DNA of 62,435 bases from Candidatus Eiseniibacteriota bacterium (lineage in GTDB: Bacteria > Eisenbacteria > RBG-16-71-46), in assembly GCA_016223045.1 (NCBI GenBank), contig JACRPT010000037.1, positions 1-62,435 on the forward strand. Reading direction: 5' to 3'. Every line of letters starts with the position of its first letter. Within the stretch, counting starts at the first letter, position 1. Shown piece after piece: positions 17,082-27,548 of this stretch. The notes beneath the pieces are model-generated. The model did not search any database. It had not been told where the DNA came from and worked only from the letters and a program-made list of their open reading frames with translations. The position numbers and the translations under genes were made by a program.

Positions 17082-19772
17082 ATGCCCTGGTTCCCACCCG
17101 CGCGCCACCTTGCCCCCCGGCTCGGCCGCGCCGCGGCCGCGGCCCTGCTCGCCGCCCTGACCTTCGCCACCGCTCACGCCCAGGAACCGGTCCAGCGCGC
17201 GCCCGACGGCGTGCCGATCCCGCGCGAGGTCCGGCTCCAGGCCATGCGCCAGCTCAAGCACGACCTGCTGTGGCAGGGCGCGCGGCGGCACTTCACCGAG
17301 GTGGCGCGCCGGCAGCGCGAGGCGCGCGAGCTGAAGCAGCGCGGCAAGCCCGCCCCGACCAGGGGCCAGCGCGTCCGCGAGGCGTTCGTGGACGACGGCC
17401 CGCTCCCGGCGGGCAGCGAGCGCCTCGCCGCGCCCGCGGCGGCCGAGGCCACGGCGGTCGTTCCCACCAACGTGCGCGCCAACACCCCGGGCGGCGACTC
17501 CGCGACGGCCGGGCAGGCCGAGGAGTGCATCGCCTCGCTCGGCAGCAACATCCTGGTGGCGTGGAACGACGGGCAGGGCTTCGTCACCGGCGGTGACACC
17601 CAGGGCTACGCTTACTCGACCGACAACGGCGCCACCTTCACCGACGGCGGCGACCTCCCGCATCCCGCCGCCTACCCGTCGTGGAAGTGGACCAGCGACC
17701 CGGTGGTGGCGGTGAACGAGAAGACCGGGCGGTTCTTCTACTGCGGCCTCGCCAACTCCGACGCCAGCAACAACGCCGTCGGCGTGGCCTACGGCCACTT
17801 CTCCGGCGCGTCGTTCGTGTGGGACAGCGTGGTCGCGGTGCGCACCGCATCCAACGCGACCACGTTCCTGGACAAGCAGTGGATCGCGGCCGACTCCTCC
17901 GGGACCGGCCAGATGGTCTACGTCTCGAACACCACCTTCGACACCTCCGACCACATCGACTTCTACCGCTCCACCGACGGCGGACGTACCTGGTCGCTGC
18001 CGACCCAGCTCTCGCCGGTGTCCGAGAACGGCGCGGTGCAGGGCTCGCGCCCCGCGGTCGGGCCGGGCGGCGAGCTCTACGTGGTGTGGTCGGCGCTCGG
18101 CGCGGGTGACGCCGACTTCTTTAACCTCAAGAAGTCCACGAATTCGGGCGCGAGCTTCGGCGCCGAGTCCCAGGTGGTGAGCCTCTACGCCAACGCGGGC
18201 ACCGGCGCACCCGGCTTCAACCGCGAGCGCGGCATCACCTTCCCCTCGATCGTCGTGGACCGCACGACCGGCGTGAACCGCGGCCGGGTCTACGTGGGCT
18301 GGAACGAGTCGGTGGACGTCTGGGCCGCCCCGTTCAGCCTCAACAGCGGCAAGGTCGAGGTGGAGCCGAACGGCTACGCCCTGGCCGCGACGCTGTTCAC
18401 GCCCGGGCAGACCCTGCGCGGGAACACGTCCGCGGTGAGCCCGGCCGACCTCGACTACTGGAAGTTCAGCCTGACGGCGGGCCAGGTCTTCGTGGTCTGG
18501 GCCGATTCGCTGCCGGCGAGCCAGACCTACACGCTGCGCGTCTTCGCCCCCAATCCCGACAGCACGCAGCGCCTGTGCTTCGGCGGCGACATCAACGCGG
18601 GCACGAACGTGACGCAGGCGTGGTACGGCTTCTGCGCGCCGGTGACTGCGACCTACTACCTGCGCTTCGCTCCGGCGTACACCTCGTCGAGCAGCAAGAC
18701 CGGCAACTACCGCATCGAGACCGCGATCTACACCCCGACCGGCGAGCGCAGCCGCGACCAGCGCGACGCGTTCGTGACCTGGTCGGACAACGGCTCGAGC
18801 TGGTCCACGCCGGTGCGCGCCAACGACAGCGCGGTGGGATTCGACGAGTGGCTGCCCGAGGTCGCGGTCGGCGCGGACGGCTGCGCCTACGCGACCTGGT
18901 TCGACTGGCGCGACGACACCTACGGCTCGCGCGGGCACCAGTACGGGACGCGCTCCACCGACGGCGGCGCCACCTGGCAGCCGAGCGCGATGCTGACGAG
19001 CGCGCAGAGCAACTTCACCACGTCCTCGAGCAACATCGCGCCGAACCAGGGCGACTACAGCTCGTCCTTCGGCGACGCACGCTACGTGCGCCACACCTGG
19101 GCCGACGGCCGCGGGAGCAACGTGGACGTGTGGACCACGGGGTGGGACACCTGGCAGGTCATCACGGTGTGCGCGGCGAACCAGACCGTGATCCCGAACA
19201 TGACCGCGAACCTCGCCTGGACGGTCACCAACAACAACCCGCTGTTCGCCAACGACTACACGTGCGCGCTCTCGAGCCAGCGCAACTGGCCGATGCCGGC
19301 GAACGTTCCGCTCGCGCTCGCCGCCGCGGCGTTCGGCGACGCGAACATGTCGGTGGCCGTGCCCGACACGGCGGCCGCCGGCATCAACCTCCTCACCTTC
19401 ACGGTGACGAACTCGCGCGGAGCGCTGGTCAAGACCTGCACCACCAGCCTCACCGTGGATCCGAGCCTGGTGGGCGTGGGTGGCGGGCAGCCGCTGGCCT
19501 TCGGGCTCAGGCCGAGCTGGCCGAACCCGGCGCGCTGTTCGGCGCGCCTCGAGTACACGCTGCCGCGCGCGGGCGCGGTGACGCTGCGGATCTACGGGCT
19601 CAAGGGCGAGCTGGTGCGCACGCTGGTGAGCGGCGAGCGGCCCGCGGGTCTCAACGCGGCGGTCTGGGACGGGCGTGACGAGCGCGGCAACGCCGTGGGC
19701 GCCGGCGCCTACTTCTATCGCCTCGAGGGCTTCGGCCGGAGCGCCGCGCGGCGGATGGTCTGGATGAGGTAG
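17082..19772 (+). CDS. Secreted BNR/sialidase-like protein with a PPC domain and a T9SS-type C-terminal domain (paralog of 10898..13489)
   Basis: GGGAGG lies before ATG 17082. Asp-boxes RSTDGGRTW and RSTDGGATW. PPC-like VEVEPNGYALAAT...DLDYWKFSLTAGQVF. C-terminus ...GAYFYRLEGFGRSAARRMVWMR. Confidence 0.75.
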   Translation: MPWFPPARHLAPRLGRAAAAALLAALTFATAHAQEPVQRAPDGVPIPREVRLQAMRQLKHDLLWQGARRHFTEVARRQREARELKQRGKPAPTRGQRVREAFVDDGPLPAGSERLAAPAAAEATAVVPTNVRANTPGGDSATAGQAEECIASLGSNILVAWNDGQGFVTGGDTQGYAYSTDNGATFTDGGDLPHPAAYPSWKWTSDPVVAVNEKTGRFFYCGLANSDASNNAVGVAYGHFSGASFVWDSVVAVRTASNATTFLDKQWIAADSSGTGQMVYVSNTTFDTSDHIDFYRSTDGGRTWSLPTQLSPVSENGAVQGSRPAVGPGGELYVVWSALGAGDADFFNLKKSTNSGASFGAESQVVSLYANAGTGAPGFNRERGITFPSIVVDRTTGVNRGRVYVGWNESVDVWAAPFSLNSGKVEVEPNGYALAATLFTPGQTLRGNTSAVSPADLDYWKFSLTAGQVFVVWADSLPASQTYTLRVFAPNPDSTQRLCFGGDINAGTNVTQAWYGFCAPVTATYYLRFAPAYTSSSSKTGNYRIETAIYTPTGERSRDQRDAFVTWSDNGSSWSTPVRANDSAVGFDEWLPEVAVGADGCAYATWFDWRDDTYGSRGHQYGTRSTDGGATWQPSAMLTSAQSNFTTSSSNIAPNQGDYSSSFGDARYVRHTWADGRGSNVDVWTTGWDTWQVITVCAANQTVIPNMTANLAWTVTNNNPLFANDYTCALSSQRNWPMPANVPLALAAAAFGDANMSVAVPDTAAAGINLLTFTVTNSRGALVKTCTTSLTVDPSLVGVGGGQPLAFGLRPSWPNPARCSARLEYTLPRAGAVTLRIYGLKGELVRTLVSGERPAGLNAAVWDGRDERGNAVGAGAYFYRLEGFGRSAARRMVWMR

Positions 19773-19786
19773 CTCCCGCGCTTCGC

Positions 19787-19825
19787 ACCAGGGCCGGCGG
19801 TTCCCACCGCCGGCCCTTGGTGTTT
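19787..19825 (+). terminator. Intrinsic-terminator-like hairpin after the BNR/PPC gene
   Basis: Perfect 10-bp stem GGGCCGGCGG/CCGCCGGCCC with loop TTCCCA, extended by ACCA/TGGT with one bulge, followed by GTTT. Confidence 0.55.
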
Positions 19826-21754
19826 CCGGCGTCGGGGATCCGCGCCCCGGCGCCCGCACCCGCCGCGCCGGCGCGCTCGGAGCTGCCGCCGCTGGTGCCG
19901 CGCGACGTGTTCTTCGGCAACCCGGTGAAGGCCTCGCCCCGGCTCTCGCCCGACGGGAAGCTGCTGGGCTACCTCGCGCTCTCGGAGCAGGGCGTGCTCA
20001 ACGTCTGGGTGCGGAGCGTCGGCAGGGACGACGATCGCATGGTCACGAACGATACCCGGCGCGGCATCCGCGTCTTCTTCTTCGCCGAAGACCTCAAGCA
20101 CCTGCTCTACATGCAGGACGTCGGCGGCAACGAGAACTTCCATCTCTACGCGGTGGACCTCGCCGCCGGGGACGCGAAGGACCTCACGCCCTACGAGGGC
20201 GTGCGCGCGCAGGGCATCGAGACGGACAAGAAGCATCCGGACGAGCTCCTGGTCGGCCTCAATCTGCGCGACAGGAAGGTCTTCGACATGCACCGGATCA
20301 ACCTGGCGAGCGGCGAGTCGAAGCTCGACACGGAGAACCCCGGCGACGTGCTCGGCTGGGACGTGGACGCAGACTTCGTCATCCGCGGCGCCACCGCGCA
20401 GAACCCGCAGGACGGGAGCACGGTCCTGCGCGTGCGGGATGCCGCCGGCGCCCCGTGGCGCGACCTGGTCACGCTGCCGGCCGAGGAGAACGGCAGCTTC
20501 GTCGGCTTCACGGCCGACGGCAAGGCCGGCTACGTGACGACCTCGATCGGGTCCGACGTCACGCGGCTGGTGAGGATGGACCTTGCCACCGGCCGGGAGC
20601 TCGAGACCATCGCCACCGACCCGCGCTGCGACGTCGGCGGCATCATGATTCAGGACGACACCCGCACGGTGCAGGCGGTGGGCTTCAACTACCTGCGCAA
20701 CGAGTGGAAGGTGCTCGACCCGGCGATCGCGGCCGACTTCGCCGCGCTCCGGAAGCTCAGCCCCGGCGACTTCGCCGTGACCGGCCGCGACCGCGCCGAC
20801 CGCACCTGGATCGTCGTCTACACGGTGAGCGACGGCCAGGTGAAGTGGTTCACCTGGGACCGCAACGCCAGGAAGGGCACGTTCCTGTTCGGCAACCAGC
20901 CGGCGCTCGAGAAGGCCCGACTGGCGAAGATGGAAGGCGTGGTCATTGAGGCGCGCGACGGGCTCAGGCTGCCGTGCTACCTGACTCTGCCCGCCGGCGT
21001 GCCGCCGAAGAACCTGCCGATGGTGCTGTACGTGCACGGGGGCCCGTGGGCGCGCGACGGCTGGGGCTACAACCCGACGGCGCAGTGGCTCGCCAACCGC
21101 GGCTACGCCGTGTTCCAGGTGAACTACCGCGCTTCGACCGGCTTCGGCTAGAAGTCCCTGCACGCCGGCGACCTCCAGTGGGGCGCGAAGATGCAGGACG
21201 ACCTCAGCGACGCGGTGAAGTGGGCGATCGCGAAGGGCTACGCCGATCCGCGGCGTGTCGCCATCATGGGCGGCTCCTACGGCGGCTACGCGACGCTGGC
21301 CGGCCTCACGTTCACGCCCGGGCTCTACGCCTGCGGCGTGGACATCGTCGGCCCGTCGAACCTGAGGACGCTGCTCCAGTCGGTGCCGCCCTACTGGGCG
21401 CCGATGCGCAAGATGTGGGACCTGCGCATGGGTCCGGTGGACCAGGACTCGGTGTTCAACCAGAAGGCCTCACCCCTGTTCCAAGTGGACGCGATCCGCG
21501 TCCCGCTCCTGATCGGCCAGGGGCAGAACGATCCGCGCGTCAACGTCCGCGAGTCGGACCAGATCGCGGCGGCGATGCGCGCGAAGGGCCTGCCGGTGGA
21601 GTACATCGTGTACGGCGACGAGGGCCACGGCTTCGCGCGTCCCGAGAACCGCCTCGACTTCTACGGCCGGGTGGAGCCCTTCCTGGCCCGGCACCTGGGC
21701 GGTCGCGCCGAGCCGTTCGCCGAGGTGAAGGGCAGCGCCGCGCAGGTCCGCTAG
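19817..21754 (+). pseudogene. S9 family serine peptidase (prolyl oligopeptidase / dipeptidyl-peptidase type; beta-propeller plus alpha/beta-hydrolase) interrupted by one in-frame TAG at 21149-21151
   Basis: ORFs 19817..21151 and 21191..21754 are in the same frame. Read-through gives ...[34 protein letters not shown].... Triad motifs GGSYGG, GQNDPRV and GDEGHGF are intact downstream of the stop. The true start is probably downstream of 19817, for example GTG 19895 before PRDVFFGNP. Confidence 0.6.
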
Positions 21755-21787
21755 CGTCGCCGCAGCCCCGCGGCCCGGGCGCCCTAA

Positions 21788-22019
21788 CGGTGCCCGGGCC
21801 GCCGGCGTTCCGGCGCCGAGGGGGCACGGCGGTCCGCGCCCGCAGCGGTGCCCGGGCCGCCGGCGTTCCGGCGCCGAGGGGGCACGGCGGTCCGCGCCCG
21901 CAGCGGTGCCCGGGCCGCCGGCGTTTCGGCGCCGTGTGGGCGCGGTGGTGCGGGCTCGCAGCGGTGCCCGGGCGCCCGGCTCTTCTGGCCATTCCGCGCC
22001 GGCCCCGGCACGGCGCACC
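21788..22019. repeat. 58-bp tandem repeat of four units: two identical and two progressively degenerate
   Basis: The unit cggtgcccgggccgccggcgttccggcgccgagggggcacggcggtccgcgcccgcag starts at 21788, 21846, 21904 and 21962. Each unit contains GC-rich self-complementary segments (GTGCCC...GGGCAC; CGCCGG-cgtt-CCGGCG). Confidence 0.85.
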
Positions 22020-22038
22020 GCTTCCCGCGAGATTCCCG

Positions 22039-22067
22039 TTGACGCCGGGTCCGGATTGTAGTTTTAT
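22039..22067 (+). promoter_or_regulatory. Putative sigma-70-type promoter of the arg operon
   Basis: TTGACG (22039-22044), a 17-nt spacer, then TTTTAT (22062-22067). This is the only AT-rich patch in the intergenic region. Confidence 0.35.
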
Positions 22068-22092
22068 TCATGGCGCTCGATAATTATTCACA
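22055..22092 (+). promoter_or_regulatory. Tandem pair of ARG boxes (ArgR operator)
   Basis: Compared with the E. coli consensus TNTGAATWWWWATTCANW, ATTGTAGTTTTATTCATG (22055-22072) matches 12/16 defined positions and GCTCGATAATTATTCACA (22075-22092) matches 13/16. The two boxes are 2 bp apart and overlap the putative -10. Confidence 0.6.
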
Positions 22093-22108
22093 CCCCCGCG
22101 GAGGACCC

Positions 22109-22585
22109 ATGTCGCGCTCCCGCCGTCTCGCCCTGGTCGCCCAGCTCCTCTCCGGCCGCCGCTTCTCGAGCCAGGAGGAGCTGGCCAGGGCGCTGGGCCG
22201 GGCCGGTGTCCACGTGACGCAGGCCACGCTCTCCCGCGACCTGCGCAGTCTCGGAGTCGCCAAGCGCCCCGATGCCGGAGGGCACAGCGTCTACGAGCTG
22301 CCCGGCCCGGCCCACGAGGCGCTCGACCGCGAGCGCCAGCTGCTCGACCTGAGGGCCTTCGTCAACGAGACCCGGGTGGCGCAGAACCTGACGGTGGTGA
22401 AGACCCCGCCCGGACACGCCAACGCCGTCGCGCGCGCGATAGACCTCGCGGCGTTCGACGGCGTGGTGGGCTCGGTGGCCGGTGACGACACGGTGCTGGT
22501 GGTCACGGCGGACGCCGGGGCGGCGAAGCGGTTCCAGCGCCGCCTCGACGGGATCTCGGGACGCCGCGCCGGAGCGGGCAAGTGA
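22109..22585 (+). CDS. argR: Arginine repressor ArgR
   Basis: GGAGGA lies before ATG 22109. wHTH segment [31 protein letters not shown]-terminal [12 protein letters not shown] motif. Confidence 0.85.
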   Translation: MSRSRRLALVAQLLSGRRFSSQEELARALGRAGVHVTQATLSRDLRSLGVAKRPDAGGHSVYELPGPAHEALDRERQLLDLRAFVNETRVAQNLTVVKTPPGHANAVARAIDLAAFDGVVGSVAGDDTVLVVTADAGAAKRFQRRLDGISGRRAGAGK

Positions 22586-23796
22586 TCCCGCCCGTCGCCG
22601 GGGCCGGCATCGCCGCAGGCGCGCCCGCTTCCGCGGGCGCCGGGTCCGCGCCCGCCGGGCTCCCCGCCACCGTCGCGGCGGACGGGCTTGCTCCGGCCGC
22701 GGGGCTCGGACCGCCGGCCGCGGCCGCGGCAGAGAGCCGCCGGCCCGCGCGCGCGTCCGACCGCGCCCCGCAGGCCGCGCGCATCGCGGTGCTCGGCGCG
22801 AGCGGCTACGCCGGACAGGAGTTCGCGCGGCTCGCGCTCGCGCATCCCGGGCTCCAGCTCGCGGCGCTGTGCTCGCGCGAGCAGGCCGGCCGCCCGGCGT
22901 GCGAGCTGCTGCCGGGCGTGGACCCGCGCGTGGATCCCCTGCCGCCGGTGCTCGACCCGGAAGCGCTCGAGGAGCGGCTCGCGGCCGGCGCGTTCGACAC
23001 GCTGGTGTGCTGCCTGCCGCACGGCGCGTGGAAGCAGCTCGCCGCCGAGCGGCCCGCGCTCGCCGACGGCCCGGCGCGGGTGGTGGACCTCTCCTCGGAC
23101 TTCCGCGACGGCCGGGTACCCGCCGCGGGCGGGTGGGACTACGTCTACGGTCTGCCCGAGGCGTTCCGCCTCGAGATCCCGGCGGCCACGCGGGTCGCGA
23201 ACCCCGGCTGCTACCCCACGGCCGCGGCGCTGGCGCTGCTGCCCGCGGCGGAGTGGATCGCGGGCCCGGTCATGGTGAGCGCGCTCTCGGGCGTGAGCGG
23301 CGCCGGGCGCGCGCCGCAGCTCAGAACCTCGTTCGTCGAGCTGGACGGCGGCGCCGCGCTCTACCGCGCCGGCACCGAGCACGCGCACGTGCCCGAGATG
23401 GAGCGCACGCTGGCCCGGCTCGCCGGCCGGCCGGTGCCGGTGGGCTTCGCCCCGCAGCTGGCGCCGATGGCGCGCGGCATCCTGCTCACCGCGACCGCGC
23501 CGCTGGCGCGGCCCGTGAGTCCCGGGGAGGCGCGTGACGCCTACCTCGCGCGCTACGAGGGCGAGCCGTTCGTGCGCGTGCTCGCCGCCGGCACCTGGCC
23601 CGAGACACGCGCGGTGCGCTCGTCGAACCGCTGCGACGTGGCGGTGACCACGCTCCACGGCGGCACCACGCTGCTCGCCGCCGCCGCGCTCGACAACCTG
23701 GTCAAGGGCGCGGCCGGGCAGGCGGTGCAGAACCTGAACCTCATGCTGGGCTGGCCCGAGGAATGGGGCCTGCCCACCCACGGCACCCCATGGTGA
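22582..23796 (+). CDS. argC: N-acetyl-gamma-glutamyl-phosphate reductase
   Basis: [14 protein letters not shown] Rossmann motif and active-site NPGCYPT. GTG 22582 overlaps the argR stop (GTGA). About 65 aa of Ala/Gly/Pro-rich sequence precede the conserved core, which begins near 22780. Confidence 0.85.
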   Translation: MIPPVAGAGIAAGAPASAGAGSAPAGLPATVAADGLAPAAGLGPPAAAAAESRRPARASDRAPQAARIAVLGASGYAGQEFARLALAHPGLQLAALCSREQAGRPACELLPGVDPRVDPLPPVLDPEALEERLAAGAFDTLVCCLPHGAWKQLAAERPALADGPARVVDLSSDFRDGRVPAAGGWDYVYGLPEAFRLEIPAATRVANPGCYPTAAALALLPAAEWIAGPVMVSALSGVSGAGRAPQLRTSFVELDGGAALYRAGTEHAHVPEMERTLARLAGRPVPVGFAPQLAPMARGILLTATAPLARPVSPGEARDAYLARYEGEPFVRVLAAGTWPETRAVRSSNRCDVAVTTLHGGTTLLAAAALDNLVKGAAGQAVQNLNLMLGWPEEWGLPTHGTPW

Positions 23797-24851
23797 GGAG
23801 CGCGGGGCCGGAAGACGGCTCCGCCCGGGCGGTCGTCCGGGGGGACCGGGGCGTGATGCCCGCGCCGGGCGGTCCGGTGGTGGTGAAGCTGGGCGGTCGC
23901 GCGCTCGAGGCGGAAGGAAGCTCCGGCGCGGGTCCGGGCGCCGCGGCGCTCCGCGAGCTGGCCGCCGAGCTGGCGTCGCTTTCCGGCGGGTCGCTCCTCG
24001 TGCACGGCGGCGGCGCCGAGGTGAGCGCCTGGTGCGGGCGCCTCGGCCTGGCCCCGCGCTTCGAGGACGGCCTGCGCGTCACCGACCCCGACACGCTCGA
24101 GGTGGCGGCCGCGGTGCTGGCCGGGCTCGCGAACAAGCGCCTGGTCGCCCTGCTGCGCGCGCACGGCGTGGACGCGATCGGACTCTCCGCGCTCGACGGC
24201 GGCATCGCGGAGTGCGGTCCGCACCCCGACGCCGGCCGCCTCGGACTGGTGGGCGCGGTGCGCGCGATGAACGCCGCGCTGCCCGCGGCGCTGCTCGCCC
24301 AGGGCTACACCCCGGTGCTGGCAAGCATCGGCGCGTGCGGCGGACAGCTCCTGAACCTGAACGCCGACGACTTCGCCGCCGCGCTCGCCGCCGCGCTGCG
24401 CGCCCCGGCGCTGCTGCTCCTGAGCGACACGCCGGGGCTCAGGCTCGACGGCGCGCTGGCGCCGCGGCTCGACGCCGCCGGCCTCGACGCCGCGCTCGCG
24501 CACCCCGAGGTCACGGGCGGCATGCGCCCCAAGCTGCTCGCCGCGCGCGCGGCGCTGGCGGGCGGCGTGGCGCGCGTCGCGATCGCGCAGTGGCAGGGCC
24601 CCGGCACGCTGCACTCGCTGCTCGACGGCAGCGGCACGGGCACCACGATCGCCGGGACCATCGCTGCCGGAGCGGGGCCCGCGCTCACCGGGACGTCGCC
24701 CGCGGCGTCCGCCCCTGCGCGAGCGACTCCCGCCGGCCCCGCGGTCGCCGGGACGAGGCCCGCGGCGTCCGCGATCATGGACGATGCCGGGGAGCGGAGC
24801 CCTCGCACGACGAATCGGCCCGCCGTGCCGGCGGAGGCTCCCCGTGGCTGA
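23790..24851 (+). CDS. argB: Acetylglutamate kinase
   Basis: VVVKLGGRAL...LLVHGGGAEV...RVTD motifs. ATG 23790 overlaps the argC stop. Alternative start ATG 23856. About 70 aa of low-complexity C-terminal tail. Confidence 0.85.
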   Translation: MVRSAGPEDGSARAVVRGDRGVMPAPGGPVVVKLGGRALEAEGSSGAGPGAAALRELAAELASLSGGSLLVHGGGAEVSAWCGRLGLAPRFEDGLRVTDPDTLEVAAAVLAGLANKRLVALLRAHGVDAIGLSALDGGIAECGPHPDAGRLGLVGAVRAMNAALPAALLAQGYTPVLASIGACGGQLLNLNADDFAAALAAALRAPALLLLSDTPGLRLDGALAPRLDAAGLDAALAHPEVTGGMRPKLLAARAALAGGVARVAIAQWQGPGTLHSLLDGSGTGTTIAGTIAAGAGPALTGTSPAASAPARATPAGPAVAGTRPAASAIMDDAGERSPRTTNRPAVPAEAPRG

Positions 24852-26180
24852 CACGATCGCCACGGCCCCGGCCCAGCCCGTCGCGCTCGCCGAAGAGGAA
24901 CTCGCGCTCTTCGCGCCCGTCTATCCCCTCCCGCGGCTCGAAATCGCCTCCGGGCGCGGCGCATTCGTGCGCGACGCGGACGGCCGCGAGTACCTGGACT
25001 TCGTGAGCGGCATCGCGGTGAACGCGCTGGGCCACGCGCCCGCCGGGATCGCGCGCGCGGTCGCCCGCCAGCTGCGCACGCTGGCCCACTGCTCGAACCT
25101 GTTCGCGAACCGCCCGGCGCTGGAGCTGGCGCGCGCGCTGGCGCAGGCGACCGGCTACGAGCGCGTGTTCTTCTGCAACTCCGGCACCGAGGCGGTCGAG
25201 GCCGCGCTCAAGTTCGCGCGGGCCCGCGCGCGGGCGCGGGGAACGGCGGCCGCGCCGGCCGATGCGTCGCGAGCCGGGTCAGGCGGACGGGATGCGCCGG
25301 GCGTCACGCTTCAGTCCGGATCGGAGGCACGGCCCGCGCCGGGCCGCGACGTGCTGGCCTTCCGCGGCGGCTTCCACGGGCGCACCGCGTTCGCGCTGTC
25401 CGCCACCTGGACGCCCGCGTACCGCGAGCCCTTCGAGCCGCTCGTGCCGGGCGTACGCTTCGCCGACTTCAACCGCGTGGACCAGCTCGACGCGGTGCTC
25501 GACGAAGGCGTGGCCGCGGTGATCGTCGAGCCGGTGCAGGGCGAGGGCGGCGTCATCCCCGCGACGCGCGAGTTCCTCCAGGCGCTGCGCGCGCGCACCG
25601 CGGCGCTGGGCGCGGCGCTGGTCTTCGACGAGGTGCAGTGCGGCATGGGGCGTTGCGGCCGGCTGCTGGCCTCGGAGGAGCACGGCGTGCGCGCCGACTA
25701 CGTGGTGCTCAGCAAGGCGCTGGGCGGCGGGCTGCCGCTGGGCGCGGTGCTCATGACCGCCGAGGCGGCGCAGGCGCTCCAGCCCGGGATGCACGGCTGC
25801 ACCTTCGGCGGCGGCCCGGTGGCGGCCACGGCCGGCGCGTACGTGCTGGCGCGCGTGAGGAAGCCCGGCTTCCTCGCGCGCGTGCGCCGGCAGGGGCGCA
25901 CGCTCGGCGCGGGGCTCGAGCGGCTGGTGGCGCGCCACGCGTCGCTCGCCGAGGCCCGCGGCGTCGGCCTGCTGCGCGCGGTCGAGATCGCGGCGCCGGC
26001 GCCCTGGGACCCGCCGGCGCTGGTGGCGGCGGCGCGCGCGCACGGGCTGCTGCTGGCGCGCGGCGGCGAGCGCGCGGTGCGGCTCCTGCCGCCGCTCACC
26101 GTCACCGGCGAGGAGATCGCTCTGGCCCTCGAGCGGCTGGAGCGTGCGATCGCGGAGCTCGAAGCGGGAGGTGAGCAGGG

Positions 26181-26184
<4 letters not shown>
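24844..26184 (+). CDS. argD: Acetylornithine aminotransferase (class III PLP aminotransferase)
   Basis: CNSGTEAVEAALKFAR, DEVQCGMGRCG, and the PLP-lysine context LSKALGGGLPLG. GTG 24844 overlaps the argB stop (GTGGCTGA). An Ala/Arg/Gly-rich insertion follows KFARARARARG. Confidence 0.85.

Positions 26185-27537
<1,353 letters not shown>

Positions 27538-27548
<11 letters not shown>

Noticed and set aside
21149-21151. In-frame TAG as pyrrolysine or another programmed recoding event
   Set aside because: No pyl genes or recoding signals are visible in the window, and TAG is used as an ordinary stop elsewhere (for example 19770-19772 and 40970-40972). A nonsense mutation or sequence error is more economical. 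Read-through is kept only as a minor alternative.
21788-22019. 58-bp repeats as a CRISPR array
   Set aside because: The units are directly contiguous with no unique spacers. They decay in sequence along the array, and no cas genes are present in the window.
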